DNA of 64,000 bases from Planctomycetota bacterium (lineage in GTDB: Bacteria > Planctomycetota > UBA1135 > UBA2386), in contig OZ245838.1 of the NCBI GenBank assembly GCA_965228735.1, forward strand, positions 6,432,001 through 6,496,000, given 5' to 3'. Both the position numbers and the translations under genes were made by a program. Below, one piece after another: positions 48,775-57,888 of this stretch (position 1 is its first letter; every line of letters begins with the position of its first letter). Under the pieces are notes generated by a model. The model did no database searches. It saw only the letters and a program-made list of their open reading frames with translations, and was not told the origin of the DNA.

Positions 48775-48960
48775 TCACTCGCGGGCAGCCCGCGGTCGCG
48801 CGATCAACGACAGCACGGCGACGAACAGCGCCGAGCCGACGACCGACCACACGAGCGGGAACGACACGTCGTCGAACTGCAGCACGAAGAGCTCGGGCAG
48901 GCCGAGCGCGCCGCACACGGCCGCGATCACGAGCATGACGAGGAACTCGAGGAGGCTCAC
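48775..48960 (-). CDS. GlsB/YeaQ/YmgE-like small membrane protein, apparently internally shortened
   Basis: LLEFLVMLVIAAVCGALG joined directly to LPELF...FPLVWSVVGSALFVAVLSL. GTGA overlap with the upstream gene. Confidence 0.6.
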   Translation of the reverse strand: MSLLEFLVMLVIAAVCGALGLPELFVLQFDDVSFPLVWSVVGSALFVAVLSLIARPRAARE

Positions 48961-49163
48961 GCCGACCTACCTCCGCGCACGAGACCGCCGAGGCCGACGA
49001 TCGTCAGCAGGGCGCCGCCGATGATCAGCCAGAGGGAGCGGTCGGTCGGCGTGCCTTGGAACGTCTCGGAAACTTCGGAGGCGAACGACTCCGAGGCGTT
49101 GAAGCCGAAGACGAGGAGGACGACGCCCGTGACGAGGACGGCCAGGAACAGGAGGCGTTTCAT
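48957..49163 (-). CDS. DUF3185-family small membrane protein
   Basis: G.VLL.FG.NASES.ASEVSE.F.G.PTDRS.WL..GG pattern. Confidence 0.8.
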   Translation of the reverse strand: MKRLLFLAVLVTGVVLLVFGFNASESFASEVSETFQGTPTDRSLWLIIGGALLTIVGLGGLVRGGRSA

Positions 49164-49209
49164 GTGCGATGGGTTTGCAGGGACGAGTCGAACAGGTCGG
49201 TGAGGCGGT

Positions 49210-49380
49210 CTACGCCGGGGAGGTGGCGCGGCGCCCGAAGATAAGGCTCACCACGAGCAGAACGAGGAACACGTAGAACAGGACCTGCGCGATGCTCGCG
49301 GCGCCGGCGGCGAGGTTCGTGAAGCCGAAGACGCCGGAGATGAGCGCGAGCACGAGAAACATGAGGATCCACTTGAGCAT
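49210..49380 (-). CDS. DUF1328 (YtjA-like) small membrane protein
   Basis: MLKWILMFLVLALISGVFGFTNLAAGAASIAQVLFYVFLVL. Confidence 0.9.
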   Translation of the reverse strand: MLKWILMFLVLALISGVFGFTNLAAGAASIAQVLFYVFLVLLVVSLIFGRRATSPA

Positions 49381-49391
49381 GACGGGGAAGG

Positions 49392-49407
49392 AGCAAGCGG
49401 CGTGCCG
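49392..49407 (-). promoter_or_regulatory. Putative sigma54 (-24/-12) promoter CGGCACGCCGCTTGCT
   Basis: GG-N10-GC spacing with GGCACG and TTGCT consensus blocks, immediately upstream of the DUF1328 start. Confidence 0.7.
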
Positions 49408-49550
49408 GGAACGCGCCGCTTCCTGAGGACGAGGCCTCAAGTCATATGTTCGCAGTTGCTTCCGTCGCCTCTGCGATTCCGGGCGCCGGCTGGACGGAAC
49501 CCGCGATTCCGGTCGGTTTCGGAAGCTCCACGGCCGGTTTGCCGCACCGG

Positions 49551-51179
49551 TCAGTCGAGCGTCACGAACAGCGAGTCGTGTGAGCAGAGCAACACCCACA
49601 ACTCGCGGAGGGCGGCGTCGGGCAGTTCGCGCGCCGGCAGATCCGAGCGGCGGCGCAGCCGCCGGCGGAGGTCACCGAGACGATCGCCGTCGCGGCGCAG
49701 ACGCACGTTCTCGTAGTCCGGCGCGGTTGGCAGCGGATCGCGCGCCAGGTGTTCGGTCACGTTCTGCCGCAGCCTGGTGAACGTGCGGTACGGCGTGAGT
49801 CCGAACGGCACGTCGCGGTCCTCGAGCGGGTCCGCCCAGGTCAGCCAGCGGCCCATCTGCGCCTCGAGGTCGGGCAGGCCGAGTTCGGGTGCGGCGCTGG
49901 CGAGTTCGAACGCGGCGAAGATGTGGGCGTAGAGCGGATTCGGCGCCCGGCGACCGACGCGCAGCGCGCGTGCGTTCGCGAGGAACTCGGGCTCACGTTC
50001 GAACGGCTCGTGCGCCGGCAATTCGGGCGGGTGATCGACGCCGCCGAGCACGAGGCCCGTGCGGCGCAGGCGCTCGAGCTCCCGGCCGCGGTGCAGCGCG
50101 CGGGCGTCGGCGGGGCGCAGCACGACCTCGCCGTCGCCCGTGCGCGTCGGCACGCGGCCGCCGAGGGTCTGCAGGCGGGCGAGGCGCAGGCGATGGCGCA
50201 GGGAGTCGGACCGCGCGAACATCGGGTGGGGGCGTTCGGGCCCGGCCTCGCGAGCCGGCGCGTCGTCGCGGCGCGCGCAGACGATGTAGTTGCTGCGCAG
50301 CTCCTGCCAGAGGTCGAGGTAGTTGAGCACGAAGCCCTGGCCGCGGCCGCCGAGGTCGAGACGTTCGGCCATGCGGTCGGGCTGGCCCCACGGCCGGTGG
50401 AACCAGTGCGCGGGTTCGAGGCCGGCGCGCTGCAGCAGTTCGCCGAGCTGGAAGCCCGTGAACCCGCGATCGCCCGCGTGCAGGAACGCGTCGACGACGC
50501 CGGCGTCGTTCTTGCTGTCCTGGTAGTGCAGGAACGCGTAGCGCAGCGGATGACTGCGCGGCAGCGACCGCATGAGCGACCGTAGCGCGGCCGGGTGCGA
50601 GCGGTCGCCCGCGTGCAGGCCGAGCAGCTCGGCGACGCGCTGGATCTGGAACACGCGGGCGCGCGACCACTCCGGGTAGACCATGAGCCGCAGCACACCG
50701 CGCGCGGTCAGCCGGTCGCGCAGCGCCCGCAGCACGCGCTGCGGGTCCGGCAGGTTCATCAGCACGCCGTAGCACTCGACGACGTCGAACTGCCCGGTCG
50801 GCCACGTCGACTCGTCGGTCAGATCGACCGGCGCGAACTCGACGTTCTTCTTGCCGTGCAGCCGGCAACGCCGCTCCGCGATGCGCAGACTCGGTTCACT
50901 GAGGTCGCCCGCGACGATCTCGGCGTCGGGGTTGCTGACCGCGAACGCGTACGGCTGGAACGTGCCGCACCCGGCGATCCAGATGCGCGGCTTCTTCGGC
51001 GCCGGTCCGCTGCCGCACCGATCCCACAGCCAGTCGCAGTGCAGCTCGAACGGATGCGTGCTCGGCAGACTCGCGAGCAGCGGCACCTGCGGGTACGGCC
51101 AGTCGGCGTACTGCTGCCCGATCGCAGAGCACAGCTCGGCGTTCGCCTTGCCCCCGATCGTCCTGGTGCCGGTCGCCAT
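49551..51179 (-). CDS. Class I SAM-dependent methyltransferase with C-terminal extension
   Basis: QYADWPYP, IWIAGCGT, GDLSEPSL, FDVVECYGVLMNLPDP, GVLRLMVY, DAFLH. Confidence 0.8.
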   Translation of the reverse strand: MATGTRTIGGKANAELCSAIGQQYADWPYPQVPLLASLPSTHPFELHCDWLWDRCGSGPAPKKPRIWIAGCGTFQPYAFAVSNPDAEIVAGDLSEPSLRIAERRCRLHGKKNVEFAPVDLTDESTWPTGQFDVVECYGVLMNLPDPQRVLRALRDRLTARGVLRLMVYPEWSRARVFQIQRVAELLGLHAGDRSHPAALRSLMRSLPRSHPLRYAFLHYQDSKNDAGVVDAFLHAGDRGFTGFQLGELLQRAGLEPAHWFHRPWGQPDRMAERLDLGGRGQGFVLNYLDLWQELRSNYIVCARRDDAPAREAGPERPHPMFARSDSLRHRLRLARLQTLGGRVPTRTGDGEVVLRPADARALHRGRELERLRRTGLVLGGVDHPPELPAHEPFEREPEFLANARALRVGRRAPNPLYAHIFAAFELASAAPELGLPDLEAQMGRWLTWADPLEDRDVPFGLTPYRTFTRLRQNVTEHLARDPLPTAPDYENVRLRRDGDRLGDLRRRLRRRSDLPARELPDAALRELWVLLCSHDSLFVTLD

Positions 51180-51212
51180 CCACCGGTGCTATCGGCCGGA
51201 GCGCGCCCCAGT

Positions 51213-51254
51213 CTTCAGCGACTCGCCTTCAGCGACTCGCCTGCAGCTGCCCGC
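51213..51254. repeat. Intergenic 14-bp tandem repeat
   Basis: CTTCAGCGACTCGC twice, plus a degenerate CTGCAGCTGCCCGC. Confidence 0.7.
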
Positions 51255-51280
51255 CTCTCGCAGCCGGCCTTGGATGGGGC

Positions 51281-52414
51281 CTACTCGTCGTCGGCGTCGT
51301 CGCTGCCGTCGAACATCTCCCGGATCTCGTCCCGCGCGGCGTCGAGGTCGTCGGGCGCCTTGATCGGCAGGAAGCGCGTCTCGCGGCCGTTGCGGCGGAC
51401 CTGCAGGAACGAGGTCGACAGATGCGCCGTGAGTTCGCCGATCAGGTGCTCGATCTGCACGGCCGGGCGGTCCTCGACCTTCTTCTCGACGAAGTACCGC
51501 CCGAGCTCGAACTCGCGATCGAGCGCGCTCGCCGTGAACGTCGCCGTGTTGGTGTTGAACACGTCGACGATGTTGGGATCGAACCCCTCCGGGTAGCGCA
51601 CCTGCTCGACGAGCTGCGTGCGGCCGTCGTAGAGGAACGGGCTGCCGCCGACGTCGCCGGGCCACTTCGGCGCGACCTCGAACGTCGCGTCGACGCCGGC
51701 CTGGATGTGGTGCCCGAGGATCACCGGGTCGACGCGCGCGCCGAGGTTGTCGACGTTGCGGGCGAGCAGGTACTTGCCGCCGCCGGCCAGGAACTTCCGC
51801 AGCGCGCCGCTGTCTCGGAGTGCTTGCGCGAAGTCGCCGTGGCCCGGGCCGTACGGCGAGACGTCGCCGTTGTCGAGGCGGAAGATCTCGCCCTTCTGGT
51901 CCAGGCGCAACGACACGAACTGCGTGAAGTGCGTGATCTGCTCCGGATCCGCCTGGAAGTTGTCGTGCGCCGCGAAGTGCTCCTTGGTCTTCTCGTCGGT
52001 CGCGAAGCTGTTCATGAGGAACACCGGGATGCGACCGCCGCACTCCTTCTGCTGTCCTAGCACGTCCTCGATGCCGAGGCCGAGGAACGAGCGGTCGTCG
52101 CCGAGCACCGGCACGACGCCCTTGACGACGCCGCCGAAGCGCGTCGCCATCCCGCCGTTGAGGATCACGACGCCGAGCTCGCCGCGGGCGATCGCCGCGC
52201 GACCGAGCTCGAAGAGCTCCTTGTTGGCCTTGGACGATCCCGCGGGCAGGTTGCTGATCGTGCCGGGCGGCGGCGTGAGCAGCTCGCCTGTCACGGCGTT
52301 GTTGGCCTTGGACATGCGGCCCTCGCCCACGGCGCTCTGCCAGCTGCGGAAGAGCTCCTCGTCGAAGCCGTAGCGGGCGAGGAACTCGTTCTGTTGGTCG
52401 GTCAGTTCGTTCAA
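51281..52414 (-). CDS. UTP--glucose-1-phosphate uridylyltransferase, eukaryote-type UDPGP family
   Basis: LNGGMATRFG..VKG, LMNSF.T, YGPGHGD, NVDNLGA, GG...LVEQ, FNTN, RFLPIK. Confidence 0.85.
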   Translation of the reverse strand: MNELTDQQNEFLARYGFDEELFRSWQSAVGEGRMSKANNAVTGELLTPPPGTISNLPAGSSKANKELFELGRAAIARGELGVVILNGGMATRFGGVVKGVVPVLGDDRSFLGLGIEDVLGQQKECGGRIPVFLMNSFATDEKTKEHFAAHDNFQADPEQITHFTQFVSLRLDQKGEIFRLDNGDVSPYGPGHGDFAQALRDSGALRKFLAGGGKYLLARNVDNLGARVDPVILGHHIQAGVDATFEVAPKWPGDVGGSPFLYDGRTQLVEQVRYPEGFDPNIVDVFNTNTATFTASALDREFELGRYFVEKKVEDRPAVQIEHLIGELTAHLSTSFLQVRRNGRETRFLPIKAPDDLDAARDEIREMFDGSDDADDE

Positions 52415-52475
52415 GGGGCCGGAAAGTTACCCGCGCCCTCGTGTCCAAGCCACAGCTCCGAGCTACACCTGTGGC

Positions 52476-54527
52476 ATGCCGCGATCCGGCGACAGCGACC
52501 CGAGCGACAACGATCCCGCCAGTCCTGACCGACCGGCCACCGACCGGCTCGACCCGCGCACGCCGCTGCTGCAGCTGCCGGGGATCGGTCCGACGACGGC
52601 GGGGCGACTGCAGAAGGTCGGGCTCTCGACCGTCGCCGATCTCGTGCGTTGGTTTCCGCGGCGTTATCGCGAGTTGCGCGCCATCGAGTCGCCCTCGGAG
52701 TCGGCGCTCGGCGAACTCGTGCGGATCGAGGCGACGGTGCACAACGTGGCGATCGCCTGGCTCCCCGGTCGCCGCGCGATGGTCACCGTGACGTTCGCCG
52801 CGGTCGATGGCGTGACGTTCGGGACGCGGTTCTTCAACCAGCCGTGGCTGCGCAAGAACTACTCGGCCGGGCAGCGCCGCGTCGTCGAGGGCCGGCTCGA
52901 GCGCAAGAGCAACAAGTGGCTCCTGGAAGCGGCGCGCATCCTGCCGCGCAACGCGAACCCGACGGGCGAGGTCCAGCTGCGGTATCCGGACGTCGAGGGC
53001 GTGACGGCCGCGCGCCTCATGACCTGGATCGGGCACGCGCTCGACCACGTCGACGTGAGCGCGCTCGCGGCGGATCGCGACCCGTTGCCCGTGGGGCTCG
53101 AGGAGCACGACGGCACGTTCGGCGAGTTGATCGAGGCGATGCACCGGCCACCCGACGTGGCGACCCACGAACGGGCGCGGCTGCACTTCGCGGTGCGTGA
53201 GGCCGTCGCGCTCTTCCGGGCCGTCGAACGCGCGCGCCGGGCGCGGGCCGAACGGCCGGCGCGGGCGTTCCCGGTCGACGATGGGCTCGCCGAACGGATC
53301 CGCGCGACGATTCCGCTGACGCTGACCGCCGACCAGGATCGCGCGGTGCGCGAGCTGTGGCAGCGGCTCGCCGGCCCGGCGGCAGCCGGCGTGCTGCTGC
53401 AGGGGGACGTCGGCACCGGCAAGACCGCGGTGGCCGTCGCGGTCGCGCTCGCCGTGGTTGGCGGCGGCGGGCAGGTCGCGTTCCTCGCGCCGACCGAGTT
53501 GCTCGCGGAGCAGCATCACGCGACCGTCGGCGCCTGGCTGAAAGGGAGCGGGGTGCGGGTCGAGCTGCTGACGGCGACGACGCGCAAGACCGTCGGGGAT
53601 CTGTCCGCGGCGGGGCCGCTGCTCGTGTTCGGCACGCACGCGTTGCTCACGAAGGCGACCGACCTGCCGAGCCTCGGTCTCGCGATCGTCGACGAGCAGC
53701 ATCGCTTCGGGGTGGACCAGCGCATGGCGCTCGTTCACAAGGGCGACAATCCGCACGTGCTCGTGATGACGGCGACGCCGATCCCGCGCACGTTCGCGCT
53801 CACGGTGTTCGGCGATCTCGACGTGCTCAGCCTGCGCGAGCGGCCGGCCGGCTCGCGGGCCGTACCGGCCGTGTCCGTGCGAGCAGAACACTGGGCGCGC
53901 GCGCGCCAGAGCATCGCGCGCGCGGTCCGGCGCGGCGGTCAGGTGTTCGTCGTCTGTCCGGCCGTGGGCGAGGACGGCGAGAAGGGCGGTGCCGTGTTGC
54001 TGCATACGACGCTGCAGAACGAGCTCGCGGCCGACGAGGTGCGGGTCGGGCTCGTGCACGGGCGGCTGCCGACCGAGGAGCGGCAGGCCGTCGTCGAGTC
54101 GTTCCGTGCGGGCGACCTCGACGTGCTCGTCGGCACGACGGTCCTCGAGGTCGGCGTCGACGTGCCGAACGCGACGCTCATGGTCGTCGTGTCGGCGGAT
54201 CGGTTCGGCATCGCGACGCTGCACCAGCTGCGCGGACGCGTCGGTCGTGGGCGGCGGCGCGGGCTCTGTCTGCTGTGCGGTCCGCGCACGGCGCGGGTCG
54301 ATGCCGTGTCCAAGACGACCGACGGTTTCGAACTCGCCGAAGCCGACCTGCGCCTGCGCGGCAGCGGCGAACTGCTCGGCACCGCGCAGAGCGGCTTCGT
54401 CGAGCTGCGCGCGCTCGACCCGAGTGCAGACCTCGATCTGCTGCTGCGCGTGCGCGCGGCGGTGCGCCAGGATTCCGGCGCGGCGTCGGAGCCGGGGGAC
54501 TCGGTGACGAACGAGGTCGCGCGATGA
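52476..54527 (+). CDS. recG: ATP-dependent DNA helicase RecG
   Basis: Wedge domain FFNQPW, LQGDVGTGKT, APTELLAEQH, DEQHRFGV, TATPIPRT, LHQLRGRVGRG, DGFELAEADLRLRG.GE. Confidence 0.96.
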   Translation: MPRSGDSDPSDNDPASPDRPATDRLDPRTPLLQLPGIGPTTAGRLQKVGLSTVADLVRWFPRRYRELRAIESPSESALGELVRIEATVHNVAIAWLPGRRAMVTVTFAAVDGVTFGTRFFNQPWLRKNYSAGQRRVVEGRLERKSNKWLLEAARILPRNANPTGEVQLRYPDVEGVTAARLMTWIGHALDHVDVSALAADRDPLPVGLEEHDGTFGELIEAMHRPPDVATHERARLHFAVREAVALFRAVERARRARAERPARAFPVDDGLAERIRATIPLTLTADQDRAVRELWQRLAGPAAAGVLLQGDVGTGKTAVAVAVALAVVGGGGQVAFLAPTELLAEQHHATVGAWLKGSGVRVELLTATTRKTVGDLSAAGPLLVFGTHALLTKATDLPSLGLAIVDEQHRFGVDQRMALVHKGDNPHVLVMTATPIPRTFALTVFGDLDVLSLRERPAGSRAVPAVSVRAEHWARARQSIARAVRRGGQVFVVCPAVGEDGEKGGAVLLHTTLQNELAADEVRVGLVHGRLPTEERQAVVESFRAGDLDVLVGTTVLEVGVDVPNATLMVVVSADRFGIATLHQLRGRVGRGRRRGLCLLCGPRTARVDAVSKTTDGFELAEADLRLRGSGELLGTAQSGFVELRALDPSADLDLLLRVRAAVRQDSGAASEPGDSVTNEVAR

Positions 54528-55150
54528 GCGCGGATCGCGTCCTCTCTGTCGAGCAGGCCCGCGCGATCGATCGCGACGCGGCGGAGCGCCTGCGGATGCC
54601 CACGATCCTGCTCATGGAGAACGCGGCGCGCTCGGTCGCCGAGGTCGCGCGTTCGATGGGGGAGCGCTTCGTCGTGCTGTGTGGCAGCGGCAACAACGGC
54701 GGTGATGGTCTCGCGGCGGTGCGGCACCTCGGATCGGCGCGGTGCACGATCCACTTGCTGCAGGAGCCGGATCCGGAGCGCGCGCCGGACGCCGCGACGC
54801 AGCTTCGGATTCTGCGGGCGGCCGGTGTCGCGGTCACGGTCGGCCGGGTGCCGGAACCAGCAGCGCACGCCGGTGCCGTGTGGCTCGATGCGCTGTTCGG
54901 CACCGGGCTCACGCGCGACCTCGAGGGCGAGGCGCGTGCCTGCGTCGAGGCGATGAACGCGGCGACCGGACCGAAACTCGCGGTCGACATCCCGTCCGGC
55001 CTGCACGGCGACACCGGTGCGGTGCTGGGCGCGGCCGTGCGGGCGGATGTCACGGTGACGTTCGTGGCGCGAAAGCGCGGGATGACGATCGGGCAGGGGC
55101 CCGCGCACTGCGGTCGGATCGAGGTCGTCGGGCTCGGGCTGCCGACGTAG
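54524..55150 (+). CDS. nnrE: NAD(P)H-hydrate epimerase (stand-alone YjeF N-terminal domain)
   Basis: LMENAA, CGSGNNGGDG, DALFGTG, AVDIPSG, ADVTVTF. ATGA overlap with recG. Confidence 0.92.
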   Translation: MSADRVLSVEQARAIDRDAAERLRMPTILLMENAARSVAEVARSMGERFVVLCGSGNNGGDGLAAVRHLGSARCTIHLLQEPDPERAPDAATQLRILRAAGVAVTVGRVPEPAAHAGAVWLDALFGTGLTRDLEGEARACVEAMNAATGPKLAVDIPSGLHGDTGAVLGAAVRADVTVTFVARKRGMTIGQGPAHCGRIEVVGLGLPT

Positions 55151-55161
55151 CGACGGCGGCG

Positions 55162-55974
55162 TTACTCGAGCCCGTCCCAGAACGCGCCGAGCACGCGCAC
55201 GAACTCCGCCGGGTTCTCCATCGGCGGCAGGTGGCCGGCGCCGGGGATCACCGCGTGCGTGGCGCCCGGGATCGTCGCGACCCACGCGGCGATCTCGTCC
55301 GGCGGCGTGATCGTGTCCTCCTGGCCCGCGACCACGAGCACGGGAACCCGGACGTTGCTCGTCTGGGCCGTGCGATCCGCGCGATCGCGCAGGCCGCGCA
55401 GGTCCGCGACGATGGTTTCGGTGGGTTGCGCCTCGATCATCGTCGCGACGCGCGCGCGGAGCAGCTGGCCGTGCGGGTCGTCGTCGGACCGCACGGCGAG
55501 CAACGCGGTCTGCATCGCGGTGGCGATGGCGCGGCGGCCGTCGGTGATCACGTTCTGGATCGCGTCGTTGCGCCCCTGCTTCTGCGCGTCGGTGTCGCCG
55601 CGCGCGCGCGTGCACGCGAGCGCCAGCGAACTCACGACGTCGGGGTGACGCTCGACCAGCGCCTGCGCGACGTAGCCGCCCATCGACAGCCCGACGACGT
55701 CGACGGGGTCGTCCGTGAGCGTGCGGATCACGGCTGACACGTCGTCCGCGAAGCCGTGCATCGTGTGCACGTTGTTGCCGCACCACGGTGACTCGCCGTG
55801 GCCGCGCAGGTCGATCGCCGCGAGCGTGTGTGACTCCGCGAGCGGGCTCGTCATCACGTCGAGCCACATGCGATGGTCGAGCGGGTAGCCGTGGAGCAGC
55901 ACCGCGAGCGGCCCGCTGCCCGTGAGGTGGACGGCGAGCCGGGTGTTGTCGAACGAGATGTGACGGGTCTCCAT
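55162..55974 (-). CDS. Alpha/beta-fold hydrolase (3-oxoadipate enol-lactonase-like)
   Basis: LLHGYP, DLRGHGES, GLSMGG, GQED, AGHL. Confidence 0.88.
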   Translation of the reverse strand: METRHISFDNTRLAVHLTGSGPLAVLLHGYPLDHRMWLDVMTSPLAESHTLAAIDLRGHGESPWCGNNVHTMHGFADDVSAVIRTLTDDPVDVVGLSMGGYVAQALVERHPDVVSSLALACTRARGDTDAQKQGRNDAIQNVITDGRRAIATAMQTALLAVRSDDDPHGQLLRARVATMIEAQPTETIVADLRGLRDRADRTAQTSNVRVPVLVVAGQEDTITPPDEIAAWVATIPGATHAVIPGAGHLPPMENPAEFVRVLGAFWDGLE

Positions 55975-55999
55975 GGGCGGTGATTACCTGGCTGACAGC

Positions 56000-57292
56000 C
56001 TACCAGCGCAGCCGCAGCGTGCGCGTGACATGGCGCACGAGCGCGTCGGGGATCCCTAGCTCCTCGGCGAGCTCGCGCCACTTCGAGAACGCTTCGGTGA
56101 CCTCTTCGACGATCGCGACGTGACGCCGCTGGGGCAGGCCGGCGTAGTCGGCGAGCGCGGCGAGGTCCTGCATGGTGAAGTCGTTGGTCTTGCCGTTGAT
56201 GCTGAGTTGGTGGTTGCGCGTGAAGTCGCTGCCCTCGGCGTGGCAGAGGTCGTAGGCCGGCGTCAGGCGCCAGTCACCGCGGCGGTCCATCTCGAACGAG
56301 GTGTTCTTGACGTGGTCGTCCTGGTTGCAGCCGACGAGGTTGAAGACGACGCGGCGAAACTGCTGCTCCAACTCCGCCATCGGCATGTGCAACCGCTTCA
56401 TCGTGAGGAACAGCTGCTCGTACGAATACTGACCGCTCTCGTAATAGTCGTAGTGCGCGAGCGCGGCGAACGTCTGCACGAAGCGCTTGCCGCCGGCGTC
56501 ATCGCGGTCGAATCGCCGTGTCATGAAGTGGCTGCGGTCGTTCTCGCGCAGCAGCGCGCACTCGGTCATCGTCACGCCGCACGCCTTGGCGATCTGCGAG
56601 TAGCTGTACTCGAGCAGTCCGAACCCGGCCGGGTCCGCGATGCCCCAGTCGCCGTTGAACTCGACGCCGTCGAACTTGATCAGCCAGTGTTCGAAGCCGG
56701 GCGGCAGATCGAGCTGACCCGAGCGCACCTGTTTCGTCTTCGGGTGGAACGCGATCACGGCCTTGGCGCGCGCACCACCGGCGGAGGCGCCGACGCTGAG
56801 GATGTCGAGCATCGCCTGTTCGGCGTCCTCGCCTGCGAGCCGGGTGTCGAGCGCCGCTCGGCTCGCGAACGCGATGGACGCGAGCTCGACGAGCTGCTCG
56901 ATCTCGAGGGCGCGGTCAGAGAGTTCCTTGCCCGTGGCGGGTTCGAACTCGAGCGCGCCCATGCCGCGGGTGCCCGTGTAGCAGAGCCGGTCGACCGCGT
57001 GGAAGTCGTCGGGCGTGCGGCCCGATCGGGCCAGCCAGACATCGATGAGGCGGTTGCCGTAGCGATCCGGCAGGCTGTCCGCCAGCAGGCCGGGCAAGCC
57101 GTGGAACGCGCGCGGCTGCAGCTCGGGGAACCGATAGATGTGGTGGGGCCGGACCGGCATCTGCAGCGGGGCGACCTCGATCCCGGCCTTGCTGAAGTCG
57201 GGGTCGTATTCGAACCGTGCGAACCGTTCGCCGCGGTCCATCGCGGCGTAGCCGATCACCGTGCCCCAGAGCTTGACCGTCGCGGTCGTCAT
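56000..57292 (-). CDS. hipA: Type II toxin HipA-family kinase
   Basis: N-terminal FEYDPDF...LADSLPDRYG, RGMGALEF, SAGGARAKA, WLIKFD, RRFDR, NQDDHVKN, LTPAYDL. Confidence 0.93.
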   Translation of the reverse strand: MTTATVKLWGTVIGYAAMDRGERFARFEYDPDFSKAGIEVAPLQMPVRPHHIYRFPELQPRAFHGLPGLLADSLPDRYGNRLIDVWLARSGRTPDDFHAVDRLCYTGTRGMGALEFEPATGKELSDRALEIEQLVELASIAFASRAALDTRLAGEDAEQAMLDILSVGASAGGARAKAVIAFHPKTKQVRSGQLDLPPGFEHWLIKFDGVEFNGDWGIADPAGFGLLEYSYSQIAKACGVTMTECALLRENDRSHFMTRRFDRDDAGGKRFVQTFAALAHYDYYESGQYSYEQLFLTMKRLHMPMAELEQQFRRVVFNLVGCNQDDHVKNTSFEMDRRGDWRLTPAYDLCHAEGSDFTRNHQLSINGKTNDFTMQDLAALADYAGLPQRRHVAIVEEVTEAFSKWRELAEELGIPDALVRHVTRTLRLRW

Positions 57293-57633
57293 CGGCGCTC
57301 CTCGCCGCGGCGTTCGTCGCCCCATACGAAGTCGGTGTCGGGTGAGCGTCCGCGGCGACCGCGTCGCCGGCGCGCTTCGGCCATGGGCGAGCGCAGGTCC
57401 TCCGGCAGCAGCGCGTCGATCGCGGCCACGAGGTCGAGCGCCTTCAGCAGCCGGAGCCACGATCCGAGTCGGCTGTCCTTGCCGTCCTCGATGCGCCGCA
57501 GCGTCGCGACCCCGAGACCGGCTTCTTGGGCGAGCGTCTCCTGGGAAAGGCCGCGCTGCTTGCGGATCTTGGCCAGACGGGCGCCGAGCTCCTCGAGGAT
57601 GGCAGGGTCGGGGGTCAAGCGATCGATCTTCAT
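57289..57633 (-). CDS. hipB: XRE-family HTH antitoxin (HipB-like)
   Basis: LGARLAKIRKQRGLSQETLAQEAGLGVATLRRIEDG. ATGA overlap with hipA. Confidence 0.88.
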   Translation of the reverse strand: MKIDRLTPDPAILEELGARLAKIRKQRGLSQETLAQEAGLGVATLRRIEDGKDSRLGSWLRLLKALDLVAAIDALLPEDLRSPMAEARRRRGRRGRSPDTDFVWGDERRGEERR

Positions 57634-57768
57634 ATATCACATATGATCGAATAGAAGAGACATGCTCTTGAATCGATCTTTTATGATCGATCTCACTTCG
57701 ATTCAAGAAAGCGATCATAAAAGATCGATCATGGTCGTTCTTGGCCAAGAATCGATCATTTGAGAGCG
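57634..57768. promoter_or_regulatory. AT-rich hipBA control region with four CGATC-N6-GATCG-type operators
   Basis: Sites at 57634 (ATATC-ACATAT-GATCG), 57674 (CGATC-TTTTAT-GATCG), 57712 (CGATC-ATAAAA-GATCG) and 57753 (CGATC-ATTTGA-GAGCG). Confidence 0.8.
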
Positions 57769-57888
57769 TATTCTTGTCCGGTCTCGGCACCGGCCCGCTT
57801 CCGCGACGCGGCTACCACGGGGCGGGGTGCAGGCTCCGAGCGCCAGCTCGGAGCGCTGGCTCGTGGCGAGTCCGCGGCGCGGTGCCAA

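Noticed and set aside
57616..57780. Possible mini-CRISPR array or replication origin in the AT-rich repeat patch
   Set aside because: The repeats are short palindromes with no identical 25-40-bp repeat/spacer structure, and there are no cas or rep genes. Position directly before hipB favours operators.
56000..57790. hipBA as part of a mobile element, and the 596-aa ORF as a HipB-HipA fusion
   Set aside because: No integrase, transposase, tRNA or flanking direct repeats were seen. The ORF-track extension is a different frame over hipB; HipA starts at 57292.
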